A DNA stretch of 64,000 nucleotides, taken from contig ML978124.1 of the NCBI GenBank assembly GCA_010015805.1, positions 248,001-312,000 of the forward strand. The letters run 5' to 3'. Position numbers and translations under genes: made by a program. Below are positions 49,975 through 62,907 of the stretch, piece after piece. The notes under the pieces are model-generated. The model had not been told where the DNA came from. It searched no databases and worked only from the letters and a program-made list of their open reading frames with translations. Origin of the DNA: Rhizodiscina lignyota. Lineage: Eukaryota. The stretch's first letter is position 1; each line of letters opens with the position of its first letter.

Positions 49975-52173
49975 TGTGCTGGCTGGTCGAGAGTGAAGGG
50001 GGGATTGGAGCTTCGAGGGGATAGCGAAGGTCTCGCAGGGATACGGTGTGAAGTTTCCAGCTGAAATAAACGGTATTGAGTTCAGAATTGATAAAGCTCG
50101 AGCGGTACGTTTTATCGAGAGTGGGCTACGAGTGGCGGTGAGGTCAATGTGGAGCTGTGGCTGGCCGAAGATACGGGACGGTGGGAATCGCGGTCTAAAG
50201 GGTGAGAAAGTCGCGAAATAATTCCGGTTCATGAATACAAGTCTCTCATCTGGAAGTAGCGACTGTTACTTTATCAAATATTTGTGAAGCCAAGATATAA
50301 GATGCGCTGCCCGTGGTATGTATCCCTACCATAACCCCTCCGGGAATTTATGCAAGGAACAAAATACGTTAGCCAATCATATCGTCGAGATCAAATCCGA
50401 GTCTAAATGAACCTCTCCCGACCCACGAACCCAACCCAGCTGAAAGAACTCCTATCACACATCTGCTCCGTACGCTTGAGCATTCCTCCAGGACAATTGG
50501 CTATGAGTGACCACCATATCCAAGCCCTTTTCTTGTCTTAACTTCGACTGGCCTATCCTCATGATCACTCAGTCGGTATTTGAATTTGAGTGTACATAGC
50601 CGCCAGAAAAGCGTGAGATGGAGCATACTGCGGAGTAGTCGACGTGAAAAGGAAACGCCTCAGAAAAGCGAGCTGCAAGGCTCAGCTCTCGGATGAGATC
50701 GACTGAGGTACGTGCAAAATCCATCTTCGTCGTGAAACAACCACGTACCTAGAATCTAGTCTAAGAAAAGCCGCGATCTCGAGCGCCCCTCAAACTGACG
50801 TCAATACTGTTCTTCAGCTTGGCTCGGGCTAAATCGACTTCAAGCAAGGCATATGGCTGATGCGCACCAAACTGCCAATATAAGGCTTTTGTCTTCGGAC
50901 TACTCTATGTAAGCTCCGACTAGATGGCAATCCAACCCCGCAAGATGACCCCTGCCAAGCGTTCCTTGCTCCACGATTGGGATCTGACTCGGCGACCAAA
51001 TGGAGTACAGTCCGCGAATGTCTCAAGTAAATCATTCTCAGCTTCTCGGGGAAATGGCATTTCGCTGTGCTGACAATAAGCAAATGTCACTTGCAGAGCC
51101 GCCAGCCTCCGCACATCTTCTTAGCTCGCCCAGCAGAAAGCAAGGGAAGATGAGTTTAGTCCAACGTCTCCTGTCCATTTCGTCTAACCACTCTACTTAA
51201 AGTAATCCTAAACGAACGCACCAATTGCCATATTGTTCCCAAGTTGCGAACTCCAGTGGTGCACAGCATACCTTCCAGCACAGCTGGCTACGAGCAGTCT
51301 CATTGCATCACTGTCGGCTACCTATTACCTAATATTAAGACTAATGAATGCATCACTTCTGTCGAGGAATATGACAGACTGTGGAAGGGGATATTTGTGG
51401 TTGTCGCGCCACCGACGTCAACATCGCACGGCGTGTTTTAGCTTTTTTTTCTCTCATAGATTCCTCTCTTCAATCAATCCTCTCTATATGCACCTCCATG
51501 TACTCTCTGTGAATTATGACAGACTAGAAACAATCGGGAGAATGGTATACGCGTTGGCCCTGATGTCGAATCAGAGACATGCATATATGATCGATTCTGA
51601 CGACTGACACCAAATTTAGAGCATCATTTCCCTTAATGCAGCCAGCGAGTTTGTGGCTCTCCTCAGGCACATTGCGGCAGGGCAATGCAGAATATCATTT
51701 TGTGCCAATCGCTTGTGCTAGAACTGATGTGGAGATGTGCTCGATTGGGGGCCAAGCCTCAGCCCAAAGGGCAAAACCATAGGGACGCCCGACCAATTAG
51801 GACTCTCCACTTGACAGCGTTCTCGTTACAGCCTCGCAGTGTCGAGTTGCTACACGCAAATGATGTGGCTAGCGGTGAAGCGGATGGGATCGTTACCCTT
51901 GATGTGCCAGGTTGGTCGTGGCCGGAGGATTCTGTGTAACGATGCTTATTGTCCATTTCCGTTGGCAGTATCCATGGACCGAATGGAGCATATGATGCAG
52001 CCTATCAAACAAGCCGTCAGCTACGGTGTCGAAGGGTATAAAGACAGCCGTCTCTTCCAGCCATCACTCCGCTCCTCATCCGCTCCAAGTCTTCAAACAA
52101 ACTTTGGGATAAACTCTCTACACAACAATCTTCTCTTTCATAAATCAGAACCACCCAAACCAAATCAACAATC

Positions 52174-52463
52174 ATGCGTTTCTCCACCGCTCTCTTTGCC
52201 CTCTTTGTCTCCGTGGCAATGGCCACTCCAGCTGCAGAGGCCGGAAACGGCGTGAGCATGCTTGAGGAGAGAGACGCGTTCTGCCCCTGCCATCCCAACT
52301 GTGGTTGTTCCGGAGGCGCCAACTGCTTCTGTGAGACCGGCAGCCACCCTCTGGCACCATGCCACCCCAACTGTGGATGTACCGACGGAGCAAACGGAGT
52401 CTGCATTGTAAGTTATTCCTCCACTCTAGAGTAAACAGGCTACTAACGGTTAGATAGGACTAA
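52174..52463 (+). CDS. Small secreted cysteine-rich peptide with internal duplication
   Basis: TATA (TATAAA ~52037), signal peptide MRFSTALFALFVSVAMA, propeptide ending LEER, 10 Cys with PCHPNCGC..GAN twice. Intron 52408-52457 (GTAAGT..CTAAC..TAG), last exon GAC TAA. Confidence 0.85.
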
Positions 52464-54615
52464 AATGCTGAATGAGAGGGGAAAGCAGACCCTGGGATAC
52501 ACTGCCATAACCTCACTCAAAAGAAGGCTTGCGCTTTCAATTATGGTAGCATTGCTGGGGGACTGCCTTGTTCAGTGGTTGCGGGGAGCTGTTGTTGTTA
52601 TTGCGATCTGGGGGTTCAAGGATCGTGGGCAAGTTTTGGGCGGTCCGGCAGACACACATTCACTTGCGCCTGTTGTGCTGTTTCCTGTAACTTACTTGGC
52701 GAGCCGTTTCTCCTCCGGAGCATTCGCGTCCATTCGCTTATCGTAATATATCCATGAGCCTTACACCATGGTCGTTGAGATGCTTAGTGCCTATCGTAAC
52801 CATCAGCCTAACGAAGTTAAAGGAGATAACCATAATCGGTTCGAATCCCTACTCCGATTTTGTTCAAGTTTTGAATAAAACAGGTCAATTCAGTCACCCT
52901 GGAAAACGAATCAGGAGACTAGTGATCAGGATGCGTACGGAGTAGTCTTACCAGCAAACTCATTTGACAAAATGGCATAGATGTGGAGACAATGCACCCT
53001 CAGCCTTACAGTGCTTCAGCCTTATGCAACCAATGTACGATACATCCAATCACAGCAATGCAACCTAGCAAGTCATGCAGTCTTACAGCAGAGCTGAAAA
53101 TGATAGGCAGCCACTGAACGCGTCAGAGAGTACGGGCCTGAGTGACGCTGCTGCTCTTGTTGGCGGTGGCTGTAGTATCAGAGAGTGATCTGCAGACTGC
53201 CGAAATGCAGAGTACGGTATGAGCTGGGCCGAGCTGAAGGGCACTTTTGAGACCCACTACCCAAGCTCCGGAAGTTGTGGGTGCCGCTGCGAAAGTGGTA
53301 CTAGCAGGCGGTATGTCAGAGACAACCCAGTTCGCTTCGCAAGCTACTGAAGTTAGCCATGACAGAATGAATGAACGTCGTAGACTGAAGAAGGCAGAAA
53401 AATATATCGAAGATTCGACGAACTTGGGTGGTCGAGGAAACCCGACGAAAGAGCAGAAGGGAGAGCTGACAATTGGCCACAGTGCTATGATTAATGGGAT
53501 AAACAACAATCTGAAAATGCAGCCGAAGCAGGAATGATTCAAAGTTAATTGTTCGCGTGTCGGTAGATATTCAAATTTGAACGTATCGGCAAAGAAAGTT
53601 GTGAAACTGAGCATACGATGCTGGAGTTGATGTGTATCAGAAACATCTCAGAAAACTAAGGTGTCTCACAAACCTCAATTTTCGGTTCAGGGTTCCATCC
53701 GGGATTGATCGAGGTAAGATACAACGTTCCCTGCTAGCCCAAGCGCAGAGCGGCTCCATCAGGTCAGGCGAGCGACATAGGGAACGACACTCTCCTCACA
53801 GTTAGGAAGACAAAGAGCGACGGGATGGAAGGCTACGGTAAATGGGGATGGAGGCGTCCGAGGCGCAAGGCTGAACTGTGGCTTAGCGTCGCCTTCAGAC
53901 AATGTAGGCATTAATCGGCCCAATCCGTAATCTCTTTCCTTGAGTTACTATCGAGTCGCTATCGGCATCTTTCTGTATGACTACACTAACTCTCTCCCCA
54001 AGTAGGTTTGATCGAGGCGTCATACTTCGTGCCCGGAAGTAAGGAGAGGAGAAGCGGTACAGCAATGCGATTCTTCGTCAGATCATCAGCCTGGCCTCCC
54101 GTCCTATCGTATTCCCATATGTAACCCCTCCATATCCCACATCACACCGAACCGAACCCTCCACTCCACCCACACTCTTCCTTTCACTTGCTTCTTCTCA
54201 CTTTAGAACGGAGATACCTACTATCTACGCCACTATAAGTCGAGAAATGGCTTCTTTCTCCACGCGAGCTAATGAGAATTGATGCAACGACCAGGTAGGT
54301 CAAAATAGAGTAAAGATGGTGGGTGGACTCGTCTCAATTTTCCATTTGCACGGCTTGGCTCTCTTCATTCAGATTCTCTATTGGTTTCCACTGTCATACC
54401 TAAGCGAACACCTTTCCACTTCCGGGCGGGATGGTGAGCCACGGCCACAAACGGCCACTCTAGGCCTCGACAGATGAGGTTTCGATGGCAAGGCTGAAGG
54501 CAAACGAGACGGGTTATAATGCGGGGATCGCACCCTTCTCCTGTTGCTTGCGATGAGTCTTTCACACTGACATAGCTCGCAAATTATCTGCCTACGTATT
54601 GCAGATCCTCCGACA

Positions 54616-56244
54616 ATGGCGCGGATTCTTCTTGACTTGGCTAGTCCCCACGTCCGACTCGCTTTGAGAATTTACTTCAATGTTATCCTCCCTCTGCTCG
54701 GGTTGATCGGCGACCAATGCTGCAAGAAAAGATCTCAGCTACGCCTACTTCGGAAACGACCTCTCGAAATCACGCACATGACAGGATGGCTCCGCGGAAC
54801 AAGTGCGGCTTGCGCTATGTACTCAATGAGACGAAGTCCAGCCGGCTGGCTAGGCTTCGTCATGGTCCTCGCCGGCCTTTACTGGCTGATAGCCGATCTG
54901 GTTGTGAGCGCTCTCGTCGTCCCAGTCAATGTTGTCGATCGATGTCCATTCAACACCACCGGACCTTATCAGGTGATGCCTACTCCTCATGTAATGGGCC
55001 CGCTCTCGGTTGGACCTGTGGGAACTCTGTTCGACATCATCACTGGGGCGCAGAAGACGAGCAAAGCCAACGGTGGTCTGACCGGGATCTTTAACAAATC
55101 CAATACCGATCCACTCTTTCGTGCTGATGCTCAGGATATCCTGGGTCAATGGGAGTGTCGACGCGTAGGCAAAGACTCAACATACCCTTTTGACACACCC
55201 CCGCTATCCATAGTGGAAGATCTCGTGTTACGGGGCCTCATGTATGACCCCTCGAGTTACTGTCCAACAATGCTGATTGGGAAGAATCAGTACATCCAAA
55301 TGCTCGCATGGTCCAGTTCAGTCAGCGACTGGTCGTACGAGATTGCCGGCAAAACTTCCGAGGAGATTGCCACCGACACGGAGTTGCATTTGTGGAATGT
55401 CCTTGCCGCCGTCGACCTGTCCACAGAGCCTAGCGACGATAAAGTCATGCGCTCTTTCAATTGCACCATGAATGCTCCGGCTGTCGAATTCGTCCTCGGA
55501 AAGTTGCAAGGCACCACGACGCTGAGCAGCTTCTGCCTGGCTCTCACAACCAATGTCTACGGCTATTTTACGCTCGGCATCCCGCCTGTGCCCGAAATGG
55601 ATGCTGCAATAGCCTCCACACTAGACACCATGATCATGATGGCCGGGGCATACGGCGCCGGGGTCAATAAGCCTCCTCCGTCCATTCCCGACGAAACGCA
55701 AGGCTGCTTCGCAGTGAAAACGGAAGTGCCTGGGCCTGTTATAATTGTCTTTATCTTGGTTACTGCCACCGCTCTCACCATCTGTGCTTATTGGCTCCTT
55801 CTCATCATCCAGATCAAAGCCTTACGTAACCAATCGCCGGATGAGGTGGCTTTAGTATCCAAAGACACACCAAATGGCTTACTAGGCTGGATGAAACAAG
55901 CCGTCTGCGAGAATGGTCCAACCAACACGGTCGAATATCGCAACTTCCGCAACTGGACACTCGCTCCAAGCCGGGAAATGCTAGGTTTGCGCCTCATTCG
56001 AAAGGACCAGTTCATCTCCGAGAAGGATGAACAATACTGGGATGACGAATCATCTGCGTTGAGCATTCAGACCTCCAGTACAGACAAGCAACCACTTGTT
56101 ACAACACAGGAAGTGCCTGCAACCCGAACTCGAGCGGTATTGCGTAAACCAGTGCAGTGTAAGGTTACTCCAATTCGCTCGCATCCACCACAGGCTAGTG
56201 TCACAGCGTACGGTCCAATAGCACCATCGTACAGCATCACCTAG
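54616..56244 (+). CDS. Hypothetical membrane protein (542 aa)
   Basis: Long uninterrupted ORF. Hydrophobic segments near aa 78-102 and 373-398 flank a Cys- and sequon-bearing lumenal domain. No family recognised. Confidence 0.75.
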   Translation: MARILLDLASPHVRLALRIYFNVILPLLGLIGDQCCKKRSQLRLLRKRPLEITHMTGWLRGTSAACAMYSMRRSPAGWLGFVMVLAGLYWLIADLVVSALVVPVNVVDRCPFNTTGPYQVMPTPHVMGPLSVGPVGTLFDIITGAQKTSKANGGLTGIFNKSNTDPLFRADAQDILGQWECRRVGKDSTYPFDTPPLSIVEDLVLRGLMYDPSSYCPTMLIGKNQYIQMLAWSSSVSDWSYEIAGKTSEEIATDTELHLWNVLAAVDLSTEPSDDKVMRSFNCTMNAPAVEFVLGKLQGTTTLSSFCLALTTNVYGYFTLGIPPVPEMDAAIASTLDTMIMMAGAYGAGVNKPPPSIPDETQGCFAVKTEVPGPVIIVFILVTATALTICAYWLLLIIQIKALRNQSPDEVALVSKDTPNGLLGWMKQAVCENGPTNTVEYRNFRNWTLAPSREMLGLRLIRKDQFISEKDEQYWDDESSALSIQTSSTDKQPLVTTQEVPATRTRAVLRKPVQCKVTPIRSHPPQASVTAYGPIAPSYSIT

Positions 56245-56484
56245 AGGAAGGCTCATGTGCGCATCTTCAGGAATGGAATACTTCGAAATATATCCATCTT
56301 ATTTACCTAAGAGCCGTTATACAAACCAGTCGTTAATCCTCTAGCAGCTAGATGTACTACGCCCCATCTCTCAGCCTATATCAGCCGAACTCCCGCAAGT
56401 ATATACTCCCATCTTGTCAATCCATACATATATCCTCAAACCCAACAAACTCCTTTCCCATCTATATACACCCAGCAATACCAA

Positions 56485-58096
56485 TCAAAGCAGCACCATC
56501 CCCACCAAACTCACAATCCCAGCACCCACCATCAACACCCCCAAACTCCACTCCACCCCCTCCACCCTCCCCGCCCCACTCGGCGTCATCTTCGCCTGCG
56601 TGCCCTGCACCCCACTGCTCGTAGCCGTGCAGCTCGCCCCGCACTCAAAGCCCGTAGGACAGCACCCACCGCCCACACTCTGCGAGCACGTGCTCCAGCC
56701 CTGCGCACACGTGCCCGTCAGCGCCGCCGCGGCAGCGCTCACCGTGCCGGTACTCGTGATCGTCCTCGTCCCCGACGGTCCGGCGGACGAGAGCGAGGGG
56801 GTGAAGCCGGAGCCCGCGACGATGGTGACGCCGTTGGACACCACGACGGTCTGCGTGGCGGGGGTGGGGCACGACGTGGACTGGCAGTCGCGGCCGACGC
56901 GGCAGCAGCCGCCGCCGTAGTAGGCGCTGCATTGGTAGAAGCCTGTGGGGCAGACGCTGCCGCCGCCGCCGGACTGGGTGGTGGTGAACGTCGTGAGACG
57001 GGCACTGCTGGACGCTACGGTCGTGGGGCGGTTGGGCGGGAGCGGGGTGCCCTCGGTGGTGGTCGTCGTGACGGTTGGCGTGTCGACGGGGCTGCTGCTG
57101 GATGAAGGAGGGCAGGTATGAGAGCCGCATTCGCGGTCTGTTGCACAGCAGCCTCCGCCCACGGAGGAGGGACAGGAGCGGAAGCCGGATGAGCAGGTGG
57201 ATGATGTCGGCGGGGGTGCAGCGGCGGTGGTGCCATTGGCTGATTGGGAGCCTGTTACTGTGACGGTTGGGAGGGTTGTTGTCGCTGTGGATGCGCTGAT
57301 GGACTTGCCTTGGTGAATGTCAGCACCGATTGGAGCATATAGAAATAGGCAGTGTAGACTTACATCCAATCCCCTCGCACGTGAAATTCGGAATACAACA
57401 TCCACCATTATCGCTCCCCGGACAGCTCGTATACCCTTGCGAAGTATCGCAGTCCGAGACCGTCCCTCCGCAATTACCGCCACTAGGACAGCATCCCACG
57501 TCTCCTAGATCGCTGTCGTCCACGATGACGCACGTCTCGTCCGTCGCGCAGCAGCTGTTCGGCCGTTGGATCGAGGAGCAATTGTTCGTGCCAGTAGGAC
57601 ACTGAAAACTCCTCGTTTGAAGAAGCGCCCTTGGGAAAAGCCACTCGAGCTTCGAGTCTCGCATGACCGTCTCATCATGCAGCAGAAACGGCGGGAGCAG
57701 CGCTGTCTGCATGCTCGAATTCGCATACGCCCCATCCCCTTCCTCCCCCACCGCACGCCGCCGTATCCGCGGCGTATCGCCCGCAAACTGAGCCGCATAG
57801 CCATCCTCCTCGCCCTCCCAGCTCTGCGCCTCCTCGTCGAACTGCCAGTACTCCAAGAAGAACTTCTCCCCCTCATCACCGCTCATCTTCCGCACGCCAA
57901 CCGGCTGCCCCGAGTTCAGCCTCTCCTGCACTTCGAAGCTCCTCTTCACCACCGTCTCCTCTTCCGGCCAGTATTTCGCGCCTACGGGGAGGTTGTACGG
58001 CCATTGCGGGTCCGGCGCGACGCGCGGTATCGACGTCGCGAGGAGGAGGAGCAGCACGGAGCTTGGGAGCGCGAGGAAGCGCGCGGGCGAGGGCAT
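56485..58096 (-). CDS. GPI-anchored Cys-rich cell-surface protein
   Basis: Signal peptide, repeated C..G...C....GGGCC modules, Ser/Thr linkers, C-terminal hydrophobic GPI signal. Intron 57309-57363. Confidence 0.88.
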
Positions 58097-60165
58097 TGGA
58101 ATGTGGATTCGATCCGGTATGCGACGAGGCGTCTTCGTACACAGAGAATGAGATTATGCAGCAGACAGGAAAGGCGCGAAAGGAGATGTCCTCCGTATGT
58201 GGTGGACAGTCCTCAGTTCTCGGCGGAGCAAATTCGATGGCTGGTGCACTGGAGAGGCTGGGAGACAACGTGCACCCAGCTCAGCCGTAAGCGGACATGC
58301 GACGACGGCGACAACTCAGAGGCGAGCGAGAGCGACTCGTTATGCGAATTGGACGGTGCATAATGCTTTGCGGCAAGCTGGATGGAGCTTTATCTGAGAC
58401 AGCTTCCAAGTCCGGTGAGCTCTGTTGTGGAGAGCACTGCTGCACGAGTGGGGTGCGCTGATTGGTTGGCGGGGTATCGACTCCTCCAATCGAGCGTTCT
58501 TAATGGTTGCACAAGATGAGGAGGGAGTTCTCGAGCTCATACTGCATAGCAATAATGGCCTCAGACATGGCAGAAGGTCCTCATTCCTACTCTGCCTTGG
58601 GCAGCTCCGATCAGTATTGACAGCGAGGGTGACGGTACTGTGGTACCTCGATCCAATGCACAAGCGCGATGCACACCACCATGCAGATCAGGTAGGCAAG
58701 AAATCCAAATCTATTCCATGACCATGACCATGACCATGTCTAAAGAGCCTTTTCCCCGCTCGATCAACCCTACAGCCACGTGTACAAGCGCTGCAGAGGG
58801 CATCTCAACCCTGCGTCTCGGTCCAAACAAGCCAGAATTGCACCAGGGCCTCGCCACTGTATTGTATTCCAAAGCCACGCCGAATGACGCTTCTTGAGAC
58901 TCGCCACGCACAATCCACAACTTGGCGCACATATATTCATCTACTCTGGACAATATGTTACAGTCCTTTCCTTTCCGTCTCGCTTTAGTCTACCCCCCAC
59001 TCGCAACTCGACCATATCCGTCCGCTCAATTCATCAGCTCGAAGCGCAGGTATTGAAACAAGCGATCTACTACGCGAGCCCTCTCCAGCGATCTTGTGCA
59101 AAGCCAGATTTTTCAACTCGAAAAGAGAGAAGCAGTTTCAAAACGAGTAGTACCACCCAATGTGTGCAACAAGTTGCCAGCAAAAACGATCTGTGCAGAA
59201 TGGGAGACAGAAAGAACGCCTTCTATATGCCAGAACGCCCATCGATTCACAGCGAGAGCTCTCCTTTTTTGAGGGTGAACGTAGGAAATGTTTCGAATCA
59301 CAGCAAAAACGGAAAGCACACGTCCGACTACTCCGTCAGCCGAGAGGTATCCCAAAAAGGAGAACCAGCACGAAACAACACACAAGTATAAGAAGAAGAA
59401 AATTCGCACAGTTAGTAGGTAACGGCGGGCCGTGTTTTTTCCATTGGAGTTAGGCGTATAGCCTATAGCCCTCTCGGGAGAGGCCCGCGAAGTAGTGGTC
59501 GTTCAGTATGTACAAAGTGAGCATCGTCCTCGGAATTCTCGGGGTACGGGCTTTCTCGGTTTGATCCGTGTGGTAACAAGAGAGAATTACCGGATCATCT
59601 ATATGCAAAGTTCGGGGATGTAACAGCAAAGGGGCAAAGAGGCTCGCCAGCAAAAAAGCAAAAAAGTAGCAAAAAACAAAAGCAAGAAAAAGCAAAGGTG
59701 CCATCCAACGATCTGATGATCGTAATCCAAACAGACACAGTAGTGAGAAAAGAAAAAAGCCATCATTCGACGCCACACCCCTCTTTTCAAGAACGTGCTT
59801 CCAAACGTGCAGACCGCTACAGGAGGATGCACGCTTTCTTCACATGCAAGTGACGCAGCCAGGGTATGTCTTTAAACGCAAAAAAGCCAGTTCAGCTCAG
59901 TTCCAGTTGAGAGGTGGTTGATTTCCAACCTCGCCGCGGAGAATGCTGGGGAAGAAAAAGCCACCATGATGCATCGGGAAACAGCTTGCGACAAAGGCTG
60001 AAGGACTCGGCGGGGTTGGTTGGGTTGTGTGACAAATTTGGCGTTTGTCATAGGTATGCGGCGGAGAAATATCGAAGACTTGGCGTCTCACCGCGCGCGT
60101 TAGTCACCTTTAGCCGGTTGGGAGTCGGGACGGACGGGTACGAGCGCAGCGACGGCGCGAGTGCG

Positions 60166-62907
60166 CTACGTGCGGATTGAGAAATTGCCGCCCAACGCGG
60201 TCTCGAGGTTGCGCTCGCGGAGGATCGTGGCATATTTGGGCTCGCGCATGAATTTGGGAACCGAGTCCTGTAGGATTGTTAGATAGGATTCTCACAGCAT
60301 GCCGGCTCAACAGAAGGATCCGAAATATGTAGTGTAGCCAAGGAATGGAAAACTTACGCTTGCCATGAGTTTGAACACCGAGGTTTGTGCCTGGTCGAAG
60401 AGAGATGCAACCTCGTCCAAGCTCTTGATCATTGCATCGTCATCTCCAACAGCACGTGTCATCCGACCCGCAAGAGCAGTACGCAGGCTGTGGTCGATGT
60501 TGAGCTCGCACGGAGATCCCGGGGCGAGGAAAGCATTGTAGAGACCTAGAAATCGTTAGCTCCGTTCACTTGTTAAAATCCTATGAAATGGCACCTCCAA
60601 ACTCACTGTACGCGGCTGCGAGCGTCTCCCTGATTGCCTCAAACTTCGGAACGGCACTTGAGCGCTTCGCTGAATTGTAGCCTGCCAAGAAATCCTTGAC
60701 GTCCAGATAGAATGCAAGATTCTCCTCGCAATGCGTATCTCGTAGGTATTCGCGGAACAGCAAGCGGAGCGCGGGATCGCGGATGATGATGCTCATGCGG
60801 TTCGCGTTTGAGTCCTTCGACGACATGTCCCTGTTCTTGGCTAGAGAAGTCTCGTTCTGCTCAGCGGGTGGTCTCGGGCTGCTTATCCATCCTGCAACTC
60901 GCTGGCCCTTTTCCGTGATGTAGTAGACTGCAGATTTGGTTGGAATGAACCGCGCGCTGTTCGGCAGAGTGTCTACCGGTTGCATCAAGCCGTAGTCGCA
61001 GAACAGAGTTGCCAGTTCGACCGTCTCTCGCCTGTCGACCAGAGTGCAGCAGTCCATAAGCCAGTCGATCGTGGACTTGCCCGTGAACGTGTTAAAGTAG
61101 AGCTTATCGCCAATCTTTCGATCCCGTGCCATCCGGACGCCAACCAATCCGCTGGCGTATTCGCTGAGAGAATCTGAATCTGATGAAGAGGTGCTATTCT
61201 TCAAGTTTGGGCCTTCAGTGCCCGCAAATCTCCTAAAGATGACTTCAATAGTCGCCTGATCACGATGAAGCTTGTCCGTGTCTGCCTCTCGCTCCACAAT
61301 GACCAGGTGCATCTGATTCCGGTTCGAGTCCAATGCGTCCATAACATGGCGCTGATTGATGCCATTCCTCTGGCAGAAGCGAGCCAAGACGGCCATGCCC
61401 TTCGATGTGAGCTGCCAAACCGCACTCTTTGAGTTGAAATCGCTCTTGTTGTCGACTGCCTCGATGAACCGAGCTTCCAGGAACTTCTGACATACTGAGC
61501 GTGCCATCTCCCTCGCCATGGAAAAGGTGGTGGTCGTGGTAGTTGTGACTATCCTGGAGGGGTCTTTCGGATCTGGCATGCGATTTGACTGCGAGAATTT
61601 CAGGGAGCCCAGATTCGTGATGGCTTCTTCGGATGTGAACGTGTGCTCGACTTTCTGGAACCGTACCCGATGCGGGGTGAGAGGGAGAGAAACCACGAGG
61701 GTTGAGAAGAGATCTTTGAAGTCCTGTGCTCCTGCAGATTAGCATATCCATATATAGTTAAAGATATAAAGCAGCAATAAATATTCACAGAAATTATAGA
61801 CAATGGAAAAATGTGGGAAAGCACGGCACAATCAGATGCAATGGGCGGTTGGCAGCGCGCGAAGCAGCAACGCATTGGATAGAGTCAATTGCATCGGTGA
61901 AATGGGATCAGAGCTCTCGAGAATGTCTAGACCAAGTGAGAGCGTGTGACTGCAATCGCATGCAGATAAGAATAATTACTCACCCTTGTGAACGGCCGAT
62001 CATCGTCGGTCATCCGCAGGAGGCGTGAAGAAGTTTGATGCATTTTGCGCTGTCGTCTGTTGTCGTGGAGGGCGGGAAGGCCAGCAGCGAGATTGAGCTC
62101 CTCGGCGATGGAGGCGGACTTGGAGGAGGCAGTGTCGGACTGCTTGACCACAAAGTCGTCCGAGTCGAAGGGCGACTCGCTGTTGAGGTTGAGTCGGTTG
62201 AGGCTGCTTGTGATGGGCGCAGAGGATGCCTGTTTGTGCGATGGTTGCACAGCGGTCGGCTGGCACTGCGTCAGTGGCAGGCCCTCTACAGATCTGGAGT
62301 GCACGCGGCCGCCGGGATTGTCGCGTGGTTTGTCGCCAGCAGCCGCTCCCGCCAATTCTGCAGTAGCACCGGAGGGCAATTGATCGGTGGACAGAGGGGT
62401 GGAGTCGTCGTCGTTGTAGCTGTCGAAGTCGTGACGCTGCGGCACTCTCTTTTGAGAGGGCCGGGATGTGGAGCTCGGCCGGTGGGAGTTCGGCTGCGCA
62501 GAAGCGGTTCGGCCAACCCACGAGGGCAGGCGCTTGGAGAGGCGGCGGCGGTCACTATTTTCGCGATGCAGCGAGTCGTTGGGCGGCGAGGCGGTGGATT
62601 GGTTGTTGTTGGAGGTGGTGGTGGAGGTGGAAGGGGACGGGGCAGGAGACGGGGGCGTTGGCGGAAGGCGTCCGAAGGTGCTGGAGCTCGCTACTTCAGT
62701 AGTGCCTTGATCGGCAGCGCGCTTATGTTTGACGGAGTCGGGAAAGCGGGCAGCACGCTCAACGCTAGCCTCGCCGCTGTTCTCGTCGGCAGCTGCTGGC
62801 GAGTTGGAGGGCTGGGCGGCAGAATGGGTGCGAGCAACAGGCAGGTCGAAAGCGTGCTGCCTCTGCTGCTGCTGCTGACCGTCGAAGAGGTGCGGGTGGG
62901 CCATCAT
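60166..62907 (-). CDS. flbA: Regulator of G-protein signalling FlbA/Sst2 (DEP-DEP-RGS)
   Basis: MHQTSSRLLRMTDDDRPFTRDFKDLFSTL, NLGSLKFSQSNRMPDPKDP, FTGK...DWLMDCCT, DPALRLLFRE...THCEENL.FY, FLAPGSPCELNIDH, DSVPKF. Three introns, the first 61724-61983. Confidence 0.95.

Noticed and set aside
52838..52849. GGTTCGAATCCC tRNA T-loop/B-box
   Set aside because: The flanks do not form a T-stem or acceptor stem, so it is not a tRNA. At most an isolated B-box.
53123..53614. 163-aa minus-strand hydrophobic ORF
   Set aside because: No recognisable motif, signal peptide or clear codon bias. Cannot be supported, though not excluded.
56414..58363. Plus-strand ORFs 56414-56920 and 57566-58363
   Set aside because: Antisense shadows of the GC3-rich GPI protein gene.
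58717..58738. (CATGAC)n microsatellite, and the A-rich runs at ~59640-59760
   Set aside because: Ordinary simple repeats in intergenic or 3'-UTR DNA.
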